From positions 1-59,652 of the forward strand of contig JACOVQ010000002.1 in the NCBI GenBank assembly GCA_016177225.1: a DNA stretch of 59,652 nucleotides, read 5' to 3'. Below the pieces are notes generated by a model that saw nothing but the letters and a program-made list of their open reading frames with translations, ran no database searches and was not told the DNA's origin. This document shows, one piece after another, positions 34,773-44,417 of the stretch; position 1 is the stretch's first letter, and every line of letters starts with the position of its first letter. Position numbers and translations under genes: made by a program. This DNA is from Candidatus Zambryskiibacteriota bacterium. GTDB taxonomy: Bacteria; Patescibacteriota; Minisyncoccia; Phycocordibacterales; Zambryskibacteraceae.

Positions 34773-36124
34773 ATAAACTTGTTTAAGTATAAAGCTATTC
34801 TTTCGGCTGATTTTCCATCAGTGTATTCGCATTGTCTCTGCACAAGCTTTTTTCTTCCTTCTCTATCTACGGACGGGTCTTCTAAGTATTTCCTAACCCA
34901 ATGGATAAGTTCTTCCTCATTATCTACTAACCTGATACCTCCAGCTCCAAGCGCTTTTTTATAATGTGTCATTTTATAGAAAACCGTGGGCGACTTGGAC
35001 AGATTGCCGTTATTTTTAATCTCAAAATTGATGTTTATGGCTGGCTTATCGAACACGGCGGCGTCCATAGAAAGACTGGATGCGTAACATACAATCAGAG
35101 ATGCATGAAAAAGGAGGCTTTTTAGATTATCTAGCTCCTTCTTGGTCATATCCCAGTCAGTGGACCTGACATTGGAAAACCTGGTTCCGAGATATTGATA
35201 AAGAAGCCAGGGCCTTTTTTCCAATTCTTCTTCTTTGATAAAATCATTTGGCGGAAAACTGACAAAAATTTTTACCTGTTCGCCAAATTTGCCTCTATTG
35301 TTTAAATCATAAAGAAGGTCTATCATTTCCCAGTCAGAATTGCTAAACATGCCTCCGATTGGCGAATAAAACATGACTCTGCTTTCATCTTCAATGCCAA
35401 GTTTATCGAGGAAGTCTTTCCTAGAAAAATTAACTGGAGAAAAATAGTAATCATATTGCGGCAAGCCCGATACGAAAATATCTTCCGGCTTTACATAGTT
35501 AGCATCCACTACTTCTTGCTTTATCACGCTGTTAAAGACGACAAATTTATCTGGAAGAATCCTTAAGATACATCTGGCAGTTACCCTATCCCAGCTGTTG
35601 ATGAGGCCTATACTGAATACGGCGTGTTTCTTGGCCGAACGCAAGAAATTTGCTTCAAAATCTTCAAAAAGATTGGCAAGAAAAATTAAATTTGGCTTAT
35701 ATTTTTCAAAATATTTATCAAAATACGCATCTTTTACAAGGACCAGGTCGAGAAAGCGAAATATTTTGACAAAAAAACTGCGCGCCAAAATTCTATGGAG
35801 TAGCAGGGTGTAATAGTAATACAATCTGCCTCTATCTTGGGCGATAATTTTTGCTCTGAGGTCGGTGGTATCTGTCTGTAGAAAGTGGAACTTCCGCCTG
35901 CCGAAAAATCGATTGAGTCGATTTGGTTCATACGGCTTTGCTATCTCATAAACTATTCTGGGATGGTTAAATTCTTTTTGATAATGATCCATTCTGGACT
36001 CATTTTTAACAAAAAGCACCACGCGCAATTCCGGATTATTAGACAGCATTTTATCCACAATCCCGGTACGCAATATATTTTTTGATTCTACTCCCTCGAA
36101 TATTGTTATAAATACTGTTTTCAT
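34769..36124 (-). CDS. TagB/TagF-like (GT-B) transferase; candidate nonulosonate or polyol-phosphate transferase
   Basis: VSGLPQYDYYF and VCYASSLSMDAAVFDKPAININF resemble the CDP-glycerol glycerophosphotransferase motifs. Sits directly downstream of neuB with a 4-nt overlap. Confidence 0.35.
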   Translation of the reverse strand: MKTVFITIFEGVESKNILRTGIVDKMLSNNPELRVVLFVKNESRMDHYQKEFNHPRIVYEIAKPYEPNRLNRFFGRRKFHFLQTDTTDLRAKIIAQDRGRLYYYYTLLLHRILARSFFVKIFRFLDLVLVKDAYFDKYFEKYKPNLIFLANLFEDFEANFLRSAKKHAVFSIGLINSWDRVTARCILRILPDKFVVFNSVIKQEVVDANYVKPEDIFVSGLPQYDYYFSPVNFSRKDFLDKLGIEDESRVMFYSPIGGMFSNSDWEMIDLLYDLNNRGKFGEQVKIFVSFPPNDFIKEEELEKRPWLLYQYLGTRFSNVRSTDWDMTKKELDNLKSLLFHASLIVCYASSLSMDAAVFDKPAININFEIKNNGNLSKSPTVFYKMTHYKKALGAGGIRLVDNEEELIHWVRKYLEDPSVDREGRKKLVQRQCEYTDGKSAERIALYLNKFI

Positions 36125-36504
36125 TATTTATTTAAGAAATAGTTCAAGATATTTTTTAGTTCGTCCCATTCTCCTGAGTGGTCTTTTATTGTGCCGTCTT
36201 TTTGCGCTCCTTGAAGATGAAGGCCAAACGGCTCCGACTGCCACATAAATTCATCTCCCAAACCACTAAAACCTTTAGTATAATAATCTTTCTTTTTGGG
36301 CAGATAGCACAAATTCTCTGGCAAGAATTGCTCGATAAAAATATTTAATGGAGATTTAAGATAAGCCGGATTTATATCTTTGAATACAGGTTGAATACAC
36401 TCGCTTTTTCTATCACGATATTTTTCGTATATACGATAGCCAGTATCTCTGGACGAGCCGATGATTGATTTCCTTTTAAGCATTACTTTCAAGAATTGCT
36501 TCAT
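36124..36504 (-). CDS. Hypothetical protein (126 aa)
   Basis: ORF with 4-nt (ATGA-type) coupling to the upstream gene. No motif recognised. Confidence 0.45.
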   Translation of the reverse strand: MKQFLKVMLKRKSIIGSSRDTGYRIYEKYRDRKSECIQPVFKDINPAYLKSPLNIFIEQFLPENLCYLPKKKDYYTKGFSGLGDEFMWQSEPFGLHLQGAQKDGTIKDHSGEWDELKNILNYFLNK

Positions 36505-37016
36505 ACTTTATATTGCGGGGTAAAATCAAGTTCGCCCTGAGGAACTTTCTCCAAGTCTATAAACATACAGTGTATGCACGGGAAGTATCTATATTTGAGG
36601 TAGCGTTTAGGATTATACGGCGCGCCGAAAAATGCAAGATTGTTTTTCTTCATATGTTTTACCACTTCCTCTATCCAATTGTTTCTGACAATGTAGAAAT
36701 CTGGGTCAAGAATAAGCGCGAATCTTGTCTTTACTTCCTGAATTGCGGTGTTTAGTCCAGAAGCATGGTGCTGGCTCGCCTTGGCTATGCCTTGAAAATT
36801 ATTCTCCATTCCTTTGATTACTTTTATATTCCCGGTTTCGCCTATGTCGAATCTATCTCCTTTTCCCTCTGGAGTATTTTCTACAATAACCCAGTTTACG
36901 GAAAAATTGGGGTTAATCTTTTTGATGAATTTGATGTTTGTCTCGATAAGAGAGCGGTGTCCATATGAGACAGTACAGATAGTTAAGGCGCCTAGAGTCT
37001 CGGGATAAATACTCAT
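36501..37016 (-). CDS. GT-A (family 2-like) glycosyltransferase domain protein (171 aa)
   Basis: LTICTVSYGHRSL and ALILDPDFY (DxD-like). Confidence 0.45.
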   Translation of the reverse strand: MSIYPETLGALTICTVSYGHRSLIETNIKFIKKINPNFSVNWVIVENTPEGKGDRFDIGETGNIKVIKGMENNFQGIAKASQHHASGLNTAIQEVKTRFALILDPDFYIVRNNWIEEVVKHMKKNNLAFFGAPYNPKRYLKYRYFPCIHCMFIDLEKVPQGELDFTPQYKV

Positions 37017-37182
37017 GAATACATGCTAGAATAGCATAAAATTGCCTGAATATCGTGGATAAGCTAAAGACTGATGGAGAAAAAACCAAAGATACTTCTG
37101 GCTTTGGTTTTCAAAATAAGATTCTGATTGAAATATTATGAGATTTCCTTATAATTGCATCTAAAACTAATAAATATAAAAA

Positions 37183-37893
37183 ATGTGCCACGTAAGTTGT
37201 ATAATATTCGGAGCTAAAAGTCTATCTAAGGAGGAAATTGCCGGTAAAGAGGTGCTTGAAGCTGGGTCATATGATGTTAACGGCACCCTCCGTCCTCTCC
37301 TTGAATCTTATGGACCTAAAGAATATGTAGGCACGGATATTATGCATGGGCCTGGAGTAGACATTGTCTGTGACGCAGAAGACCTCGTAAAGCACTTTGG
37401 TGATAAGAAATTTGACGTTATTGTTTCTACTGAAATGCTGGAACACGCCAAAGACTGGCAACAGGTCATCTCCAACCTTAAAAACGTTGCGAAGCCAGGA
37501 GCTATTTTCTTGCTTACTACCCGATCGTACGGATTTGCTTACCATGCATATCCTCACGACTATTGGAGATACGAGAAAGAAGATATGGAAAATATTTTTT
37601 CAGATATGGAAATCTTGGATATTGAAAAAGACAAGATGGCGCCGGATATCTTCTTAAAGTTACGCAAACCTAAAAACTTTAAAGAGAGGAAACTGGGCGA
37701 TTACAATCTTTACAGTATTGTTACAGATACAAAAATAACTCATGTAAGCGATGGAGATTATAAAAATCCTTATTTTCATAAATTACGAATAAAGATGCAG
37801 GTTAATCACCTAATATATAAGGTGGAGAATACGCTAAAATCCCTTATTAAATTTCTCATAAGTTCTGGTAATAAAGCCGACTCTCTTTCCTAG
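37183..37893 (+). CDS. Class I SAM-dependent methyltransferase
   Basis: VLEAGSYDVNG, FDVIVSTEMLEHAKDW, KPGAIFLLTT. Confidence 0.7.
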   Translation: MCHVSCIIFGAKSLSKEEIAGKEVLEAGSYDVNGTLRPLLESYGPKEYVGTDIMHGPGVDIVCDAEDLVKHFGDKKFDVIVSTEMLEHAKDWQQVISNLKNVAKPGAIFLLTTRSYGFAYHAYPHDYWRYEKEDMENIFSDMEILDIEKDKMAPDIFLKLRKPKNFKERKLGDYNLYSIVTDTKITHVSDGDYKNPYFHKLRIKMQVNHLIYKVENTLKSLIKFLISSGNKADSLS

Positions 37894-37992
37894 CTCCAAA
37901 AACTGTCTAACCTTAGTAGACAGTCTTTTAACTAGGATATAGCTGAATCTCAATTGACAATCCAGTAACTCAAATCTTCTGATTTCAGATTA

Positions 37993-39360
37993 TTATAAAG
38001 AAAATCTTTTCACCAAATATTTCTTCGCATCCGTAGCCACATTCCTCATAAAAATTATATCCTCCTTATTGAATTTAAGCGCATCAACCCAGCTCGCAAG
38101 AAGGCGCGGTTCTGTGCTCTTAAGATAAATTGATATTGAGATTAACGCGACGATGAGCCAGATATAATTCTGTATAACCAATCCCCAGAGACCGAATATC
38201 GGCAATAGGATTATATAAAGAGGTATAACTACAAAGCTTTTCAAAACCTTTTGAAAAAATAGGAATTTCTGTCGTCGGAGAGAAATCAGAAAGGCTGAAG
38301 ACACAATAATTGCAGCATGCAACGGAAGGGTAAAGAGAAGAGCCTTAAAATACGGCAAGGAAACAAGATATTTGGCAAAGAAAGTGCTGACAATAAGCGG
38401 GATAACAAACAGGGATACAAGACCAAGCCCCAAAGATAAGGTGGCAAGATACTTTACTCCTCTCTCATATATTCTCCTCAATTTTTCTTCGTTGTCGGCC
38501 TCCATAGGTATAAGAGTGAGAAGTGTTTTAACCGGCAAGAGCCCAGCTAGAGTAGCTATGAGCATTTGGGCTATGGAGAAGATGGCTACAGCTTCGGTGC
38601 TGATAAACAGCTTAATGGCCCATGTCTCAAAGAAAGCCGTGAATTTATTGAAGACGGGTTCTCCTACTTCCCACTTGCCATAAGAGCGCAGTATTTTGAA
38701 TAAGAAATTTTCTTGAGATTTTATGACACTTCTCCACGAAGAATAGGACTCTCTAGCCGGCTGGAGAAGGAAAAATAAACTTATGAAAAGTGAGACGACC
38801 ATGGACACGACCACCACCCGCAGGTTCACTCGGTATAAAACCAGAGAAAAAATCAGTATTGCGAGCTGGCTAAATTTAGCAATGGACAACCTGCTTGCTA
38901 CAACATTGAATTTCTTTCTCATTTCAATAGGAATGGTTAGTACCGCCAGTAGAGCGTCATGGAGAAACACGAATGACATTATCCTTATAAGCAGGATAAA
39001 ATCCGGACCATACTTAAACGAAAGCAGGGGCGCAAGAAAGAAAACGGCAATCCATAAAGCTATTCCCGTGCACATTCTCAGAAGAAATAATTCATAAAAA
39101 AGCTTTTTTGCTTGAGAACTTTTGCCCTCGGATTCAAACCTGATTATGTCGTTGCGCAATACTCCACCGCCTACATGCAATAACACAGACGCTCCCGCGT
39201 AAGAAACCAAAAGAAGTTGGAAAGACCCATACTCATACAGAGTAAGGGCTGTTATGACTATAAATGTGTTGGCCGCCGCTACGCCCCTCGCGACGAGATT
39301 CCAAAAACCATAGGAAGCTTCGCCTTTCAGATAGCTTTTCAGGAAAGAATTATCGCTCAT
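37993..39360 (-). CDS. Wzx/MOP-type polysaccharide flippase
   Basis: About 12-14 TM helices, 455 aa. The N-terminus (SFLKSYLKGEASYGFWNLVARG) is typical of polysaccharide biosynthesis protein/flippase families. Confidence 0.6.
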   Translation of the reverse strand: MSDNSFLKSYLKGEASYGFWNLVARGVAAANTFIVITALTLYEYGSFQLLLVSYAGASVLLHVGGGVLRNDIIRFESEGKSSQAKKLFYELFLLRMCTGIALWIAVFFLAPLLSFKYGPDFILLIRIMSFVFLHDALLAVLTIPIEMRKKFNVVASRLSIAKFSQLAILIFSLVLYRVNLRVVVVSMVVSLFISLFFLLQPARESYSSWRSVIKSQENFLFKILRSYGKWEVGEPVFNKFTAFFETWAIKLFISTEAVAIFSIAQMLIATLAGLLPVKTLLTLIPMEADNEEKLRRIYERGVKYLATLSLGLGLVSLFVIPLIVSTFFAKYLVSLPYFKALLFTLPLHAAIIVSSAFLISLRRQKFLFFQKVLKSFVVIPLYIILLPIFGLWGLVIQNYIWLIVALISISIYLKSTEPRLLASWVDALKFNKEDIIFMRNVATDAKKYLVKRFSL

Positions 39361-39405
39361 TTAATTGGCCCAATATATCAAAAATTGGGCTATAATGCAC
39401 TGAAT

Positions 39406-40293
39406 ATGAAATCGCCGCTGACGTTGAGCATAGTTACCGCAACCTACAACCAATCTAAATATATAAGCCAATGCATCAAGAGTGTCATCTCACAAGAAGG
39501 TAATTTTTATATTGACTACATAATTATCAACGATGGCTCCACGGACGATACTGCCTCCGTCATTGAAAAATACGATGTGACTTTGAAAAATGGACAGTGG
39601 CCTGTTAAATGCATGGGCGTAGAATACCGATTCGTACATCGCCAGAACGGGGGTCAAGCAAGCGCTCTTAACGACGGGTTTAGAATGGCTCACGGCGATA
39701 TTTTTGCCTGGATGAACTCCGATGACTACTACCTTCCGGGAGCGTTCCAAGTTGTTGCCAAAGTTTTTGAAGAAGACCCTGAACTAGATTTCATCTACAC
39801 AGATTGCCTGAAGATATATGCGAACGGACGGCCCTCCAGTATAGAGCCGCGTCCCCGACCGAATGAAACCTTCGAAAGCATTCGCACCCGCGGAAGCTCT
39901 TTTTCTCTCAATTTTTTTACCAAGCACATTTTAGAAAAGACGGGTTATTTGAACGAATCTCTGAAATATTGCATTGACCTTGACCAGTGGTACCGCATTT
40001 TTCAAGTAGCCAAAGTAAAGTATGTACCATATACAGCCGGTGCCTTTAGATGGCACCCGCTTTCAAAAACAGCCACTAGCCAGAAAAAGTTCGCTGAAGA
40101 AAGGGGAATTTTAGCCAAAAGATACGGCGGCAACATTATACCATCAAGAAAGATATATAAATTTCGCGGCAAAATGAAAATTCTTGATGTTATGAAACAG
40201 AGATTTCCAAAAATATACGGCGTATTGAAAAAAATATTCTACAAAATAGTAGACTCTTTTAAATACCGTAATAATCCTTCATCCAATCTATAG
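39406..40293 (+). CDS. Family 2 glycosyltransferase
   Basis: LSIVTATYNQSKYISQCIKSV, IIINDGSTDDT, AWMNSDDYY. TATAAT at 39391..39396 lies 9 nt upstream of the ATG. Confidence 0.8.
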   Translation: MKSPLTLSIVTATYNQSKYISQCIKSVISQEGNFYIDYIIINDGSTDDTASVIEKYDVTLKNGQWPVKCMGVEYRFVHRQNGGQASALNDGFRMAHGDIFAWMNSDDYYLPGAFQVVAKVFEEDPELDFIYTDCLKIYANGRPSSIEPRPRPNETFESIRTRGSSFSLNFFTKHILEKTGYLNESLKYCIDLDQWYRIFQVAKVKYVPYTAGAFRWHPLSKTATSQKKFAEERGILAKRYGGNIIPSRKIYKFRGKMKILDVMKQRFPKIYGVLKKIFYKIVDSFKYRNNPSSNL

Positions 40294-41212
40294 TGCGCTT
40301 GACGCCATCCTCCAAACTGACGGTAAGCTTGTGGCCAAGGTCTTTGATTGCTTTGGAAATATCAACCTTCTTGGATTTAGTGGTTAAGATTTCCGTGTCT
40401 TTATAATTGATGAGGCTTTTGTCTGCGCCGGTATAGTCCCAAATGATATTAACCAGTTTTTCAATATCATGATACTCCAGACCTCCTATATTGTAGACCC
40501 TGCCAGATTGAAAGTTGTCGACTATATTGGAAAGGGTCCTGCATGTATCTTCAAGGTAAGTAGAAGTTCTATAATGGCCTTTGTAGACTGTCACGGGGAG
40601 ATTATGAAGGGCATGGTAGCAAAATTTGGCGTTGACACTCCGATAAGGATGGTACCATTCGCCCGGTCCATACGTATTAAACATGCGTACAATTACTGAT
40701 TCTGTCTCATGTTGGATTATTGAGTTCCGTATCTGCATCTCATTCACCCATTTAGACATGGCGTAATCATTCATCTGTTTAACTTCTACTCTGTCCATAA
40801 CATCTTCCGACATCACATCTTCGTAGTCGCCATATACTTCAGAAGAGGAGAAATGTATCAGTTTAAATCTATACCTTTCCTGCAAACGGATAACATTTTT
40901 GGTTCCGATGGCGTTAGACTTCCAAACCTGTTCGTAGTAATCTTCTCCATTCCAGCGTCCGAATTCCGCCGCCGTGTGATAGACAAAATCAAACGGACCA
41001 GCTTTTTCAAAGATTCTCTCAAGTTGACGGAATTCGGAAACATCGCATCTGGCGTAGGTAAAATCAGTTTTCGTCATTTCATGCTCAAAACCGATTTCGC
41101 CAAATCCGTGCTCAAGATCAATGCCGAAAACAGAATGCCCTTTATCCCGAAGCATTTTTACCAGGCACGAGCCGATGACGCCCTTGCTGCCGGTAACTAA
41201 AATTTTTGCCAT
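40259..41212 (-). CDS. NAD-dependent sugar epimerase/dehydratase (extended SDR)
   Basis: KILVTGSKGVIGSCLV, SSSEVYG, YAMSKWVNE (YxxxK). Confidence 0.8.
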   Translation of the reverse strand: MAKILVTGSKGVIGSCLVKMLRDKGHSVFGIDLEHGFGEIGFEHEMTKTDFTYARCDVSEFRQLERIFEKAGPFDFVYHTAAEFGRWNGEDYYEQVWKSNAIGTKNVIRLQERYRFKLIHFSSSEVYGDYEDVMSEDVMDRVEVKQMNDYAMSKWVNEMQIRNSIIQHETESVIVRMFNTYGPGEWYHPYRSVNAKFCYHALHNLPVTVYKGHYRTSTYLEDTCRTLSNIVDNFQSGRVYNIGGLEYHDIEKLVNIIWDYTGADKSLINYKDTEILTTKSKKVDISKAIKDLGHKLTVSLEDGVKRTIDWMKDYYGI

Positions 41213-41244
41213 GAGTTTGAGAATAGCACATTATTTCCTGATAA

Positions 41245-41285
41245 AAAAGAAGAGGCGTCCTGTTTGGACGCCTCGGTTTTTTGAG
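41245..41285 (-). terminator. Rho-independent terminator after the radical SAM gene
   Basis: GAGGCGTCC-TGTTT-GGACGCCTC flanked by A-run and T-run. Confidence 0.65.
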
Positions 41286-41292
41286 GAGAAAC

Positions 41293-43233
41293 CTAACTCC
41301 ATGTTGCTGGCTCGACGGCGCGGCTGTCGCGCCTGCCAAACCAGATGACCTGTCTTGCGAACTCTTCCTTATCGCTTCGATAGTCCGTCCTCTCCACACG
41401 GACAGTCTGCTTTCCTTCTTTGAGAGTTGCCGGTTTGTCGAGAAGGATGTTCTTGAAATATTCGGGAACAGTGTGCAAAAACTCGAACGCCGATTGCCGT
41501 AGTACCGGCGCCGCTATGCGAGCGTACTGATACTTAAAAACCTCGTTAAGCTCCCGGAGCGGCACCATAACGCCCCGTTCTTCTAGAAAACTCTGCGTCA
41601 ACCCTTTGAACTCTTGATAGAAGTTCTCAAAGTCGCCGGACAGACGAAGAAAAGTTGCTTCTTCGACCTGCCATGAGATCTTGCCGTATTCCGGAAGGAA
41701 GACACACTGGGGTTTCCCAGTCATGATTCCTTCCAGATACTCGGCGTAACGGTTTAGTTCCCGAGAAAAAATCGGGAACCGATTGGTGTCCGTGCCGTTC
41801 GCGATTAAGTACTCGAAAAGTTCCGTGTACTTGAGGCCGAACTCGCGGAAGAGATAGAGCGAAACAAAGAACCCAAGTTTCAGACCGTGGAGTGTTTGGG
41901 CCATCCACATGAGAGTCGCCGACCTCCTCCATTCAGGATGGGGCATTGATCTCGTGGCCACCACAACATCTTCATATTCGGCCACTTCGCCCGGACGGCG
42001 TTTCGAGGCGTGGGTTTCCACGAGTTCGATGCACCGCGTTTCTATCCCATGCAATTTCACATATTCCGGATCATACATAGGAGTGTTGGGAAGAACCTGG
42101 CATAAAAAGATTCCCACCTGGTCATAGAGACCAGCTTGGAAAACTTCTTCAATCCCCTTTTTGAACGACTCGTAGGTCTCGCCCGGAAGCCCGAGAATGA
42201 GCTCGGTATAGACGCGGATGCCATCGCGTCTATAGAGTTTGAGCAGCTCGCGGTAGGTATCCACCTTGATGTTATCTCGGTGGATAATTTTGAGCGTGTC
42301 AGGATCAGTACTCTGAAACGAGAGAGTGACTCCCGTTGTCAGATGATTTGTTTCGAGAATCTGCGCCACTTCGTAAATCCTGTCGGTGGCGTTCTTGCCG
42401 TAACAAACCCGGAACGAGCGCGGATGCGAGTAGCGGCGCTTAACTTCAGCAAACATTTCCGCGATTTCCTTGTCTCTCGGGAACATGCCGAAGTTGGCGT
42501 CGGCGCCGAAGACGAAAGAGATTTCTTTCTCGCCAAGCCATTCAATCTCGCGCGCTAAGCGTTCGAAGTTGAAGAAGCGCACTTTGGTAATAGAGTTGCC
42601 CCAAGCGCAGAAACTGCAATGAAACGGGCAGCCTCTGTTTGTTTCGAAAATAACCTGGAACTCCATATCGCCACGCCGTTCAAGCGCTCTGTCATAGAGA
42701 CCGGAAAGATACGGCGACGGCAGGAAATTGATATCGACAAGCGGACGATCTGGTGTGCGGACTATACGGCCGGTACTCCGGTCACGGAAAACGAGACCCC
42801 TTACCGTTGAGAAATCGCGACTCGTGATCAAGGTTTTGAGTACTTCGGCAAACGTTATTTCGCCTTCGCTCAAAACAGTTATGTCCACAAATGGGTGTTC
42901 TTTCAGAAACAGTTCGGCTCGATGATCGTCCGGAACATGTGGTCCGCCGAAGACAATGAGCGAATCCGGGAATCGCTCGCGAGCGAGGCGGGCCAGAACC
43001 AGATTAAGCTCGTGGTTCCACATAGATGACGAGAACGCCAGAACCGATGGATTGTCCCATTCGTCAGCAATTTTCTCTGGCTCTTTGCGAATAAACTGAA
43101 ACTGACTGAAGTGGAAATGTTCCACTACTTCGGGTACTCCAACTGCATAAGCTTGGAGCATCCCGGAAACATTGGGCAAATACACTTTCTTGTCCATGAG
43201 GATGTTGAACTCATGCAATTGGATATTCTTCAT
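41293..43233 (-). CDS. B12-binding-domain radical SAM protein (646 aa)
   Basis: FETNRGCPFHCSFCAW (CxxxCxxC) follows an N-terminal cobalamin-binding-like domain (VLAFSSSMWNHELN...LIVFGGPH). AAGAGGT lies 9 nt upstream of the ATG. G+C-rich. Confidence 0.8.
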   Translation of the reverse strand: MKNIQLHEFNILMDKKVYLPNVSGMLQAYAVGVPEVVEHFHFSQFQFIRKEPEKIADEWDNPSVLAFSSSMWNHELNLVLARLARERFPDSLIVFGGPHVPDDHRAELFLKEHPFVDITVLSEGEITFAEVLKTLITSRDFSTVRGLVFRDRSTGRIVRTPDRPLVDINFLPSPYLSGLYDRALERRGDMEFQVIFETNRGCPFHCSFCAWGNSITKVRFFNFERLAREIEWLGEKEISFVFGADANFGMFPRDKEIAEMFAEVKRRYSHPRSFRVCYGKNATDRIYEVAQILETNHLTTGVTLSFQSTDPDTLKIIHRDNIKVDTYRELLKLYRRDGIRVYTELILGLPGETYESFKKGIEEVFQAGLYDQVGIFLCQVLPNTPMYDPEYVKLHGIETRCIELVETHASKRRPGEVAEYEDVVVATRSMPHPEWRRSATLMWMAQTLHGLKLGFFVSLYLFREFGLKYTELFEYLIANGTDTNRFPIFSRELNRYAEYLEGIMTGKPQCVFLPEYGKISWQVEEATFLRLSGDFENFYQEFKGLTQSFLEERGVMVPLRELNEVFKYQYARIAAPVLRQSAFEFLHTVPEYFKNILLDKPATLKEGKQTVRVERTDYRSDKEEFARQVIWFGRRDSRAVEPATWS

Positions 43234-43280
43234 CTAATTTCTACCTCTTTTTCTTCCGTGAAAGATCTAAGATTCTACGA

Positions 43281-44417
43281 TTAGACTACCTTATAAAGCT
43301 CATCAAAAGCAAGGAGCACTTGAGAAACGCTTATGTTTTCAAGGGCTTTCCGGGCAAGATAAGCAGGACCGAATGCTTGAAAAGCAAATATGGTAGAGGG
43401 TATTTCTGGATTCGGTTTTATTATTTTTATATTACCGTCTCTGGGAGTAAGCTCTATATCATTTACCGGCCCAAGAATATCTATAAGCGGAACGCCTAGA
43501 GCATGAGCAATATGCGTCGGCCCGGTATCTACTGATATAAATACTGAAAAATTTTTCATCAGAACCACAAGTTCTTCGAGACTCAAGCCGGCCGCGTCTA
43601 TGTATTTGCTGCCAGAGCCTAATTTCCTCACAAAATTGCCGACTCTCTCTTTCTCATAAAAGGAGCCGATAAAGGCTATCTTTATAGGATACTTCTTACT
43701 TATCTCTCTAGCCAAAGATTCAAACTTGTCATCTCCCCATTCTTTTACATTATTACCTGCGGTCAAGCTGATACCAATCAATTTATCTTTTTCCATTACT
43801 CCATTAGTTGCCAGAAACTTTTTCATCTTCGCCTCCGCCTCGTAGCCAGCATAGATTTCTTTAGTGTAATTCTCATTATCAATACCTAAATGTCGCAGCA
43901 TCTTGAGATAAAAAAGCGGTAGATAAGTCAGCTCTTTATATTCTTCCTTGAAGTTCGTCATCCAGTCTGAAAGCGCTTCTGCCAAAGACTTGTTGGGCCT
44001 AGTGATTTTTAAGCGGTTTGGTATGAGGCTTAAGAAAAACAGGGTTGAGCTTAAAGCTGTTCCAGAAAGCGAGACTCCCCATTTGAAGTTTCCTCTTCTT
44101 ATCTTTCTAACTAATTCCGGGAATTTGTGCCAATAATCCTCAACAATGATAATCTCGTCTACCCTTGGATTATTCTTTAAGACCCCTGCTGCCATGCTAG
44201 AAACTATGACCGTAATCCGGCTTTCAGGGTATTTTTCCTTAATGGCTCGGAACACTGGGGTGGAGCAGACTATGTCCCCGATTCTTTTAAACTGAGGGAT
44301 GACAAGGATATTGTTTTTCTCGCTTTTTCGCAGCCAAATCATAAAGTAAATAATAGGAGAAAAAACTATCGATATTAAGGTAAATACTCTGGTGTAAAAA
44401 GATTGAACTTTATCCAT
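43281..44417 (-). CDS. Family 9 glycosyltransferase (heptosyltransferase-like)
   Basis: ILVIPQFKRIGDIVCSTPVFRAIKEKYP, DTGPTHIAHALGVPLIDILGP. Confidence 0.7.
   Translation of the reverse strand: MDKVQSFYTRVFTLISIVFSPIIYFMIWLRKSEKNNILVIPQFKRIGDIVCSTPVFRAIKEKYPESRITVIVSSMAAGVLKNNPRVDEIIIVEDYWHKFPELVRKIRRGNFKWGVSLSGTALSSTLFFLSLIPNRLKITRPNKSLAEALSDWMTNFKEEYKELTYLPLFYLKMLRHLGIDNENYTKEIYAGYEAEAKMKKFLATNGVMEKDKLIGISLTAGNNVKEWGDDKFESLAREISKKYPIKIAFIGSFYEKERVGNFVRKLGSGSKYIDAAGLSLEELVVLMKNFSVFISVDTGPTHIAHALGVPLIDILGPVNDIELTPRDGNIKIIKPNPEIPSTIFAFQAFGPAYLARKALENISVSQVLLAFDELYKVV

Noticed and set aside
36124-37016. Possible frameshifted single glycosyltransferase split into 171-aa and 126-aa ORFs.
   Set aside because: The two ORFs overlap by the common ATGA stop/start coupling, and the first ends after a complete GT-A-like N-terminal domain. 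There is no evidence that the second continues the same fold, so they were left as two genes.
40259-40293. Convergent genes overlapping at their 3' ends (35 nt here, 27 nt at 49207..49233, 4 nt at 51224..51227 and 23657..23660).
   Set aside because: This is probably just compact genome organisation, and the ORF ends are unambiguous. It is noted only because no terminators fit between these gene pairs.
41627-42740. Several 60-140-aa ORFs on both strands inside the radical SAM gene.
   Set aside because: High G+C content produces long spurious frames, and all of these are nested in the 646-aa ORF that carries the CxxxCxxC motif.
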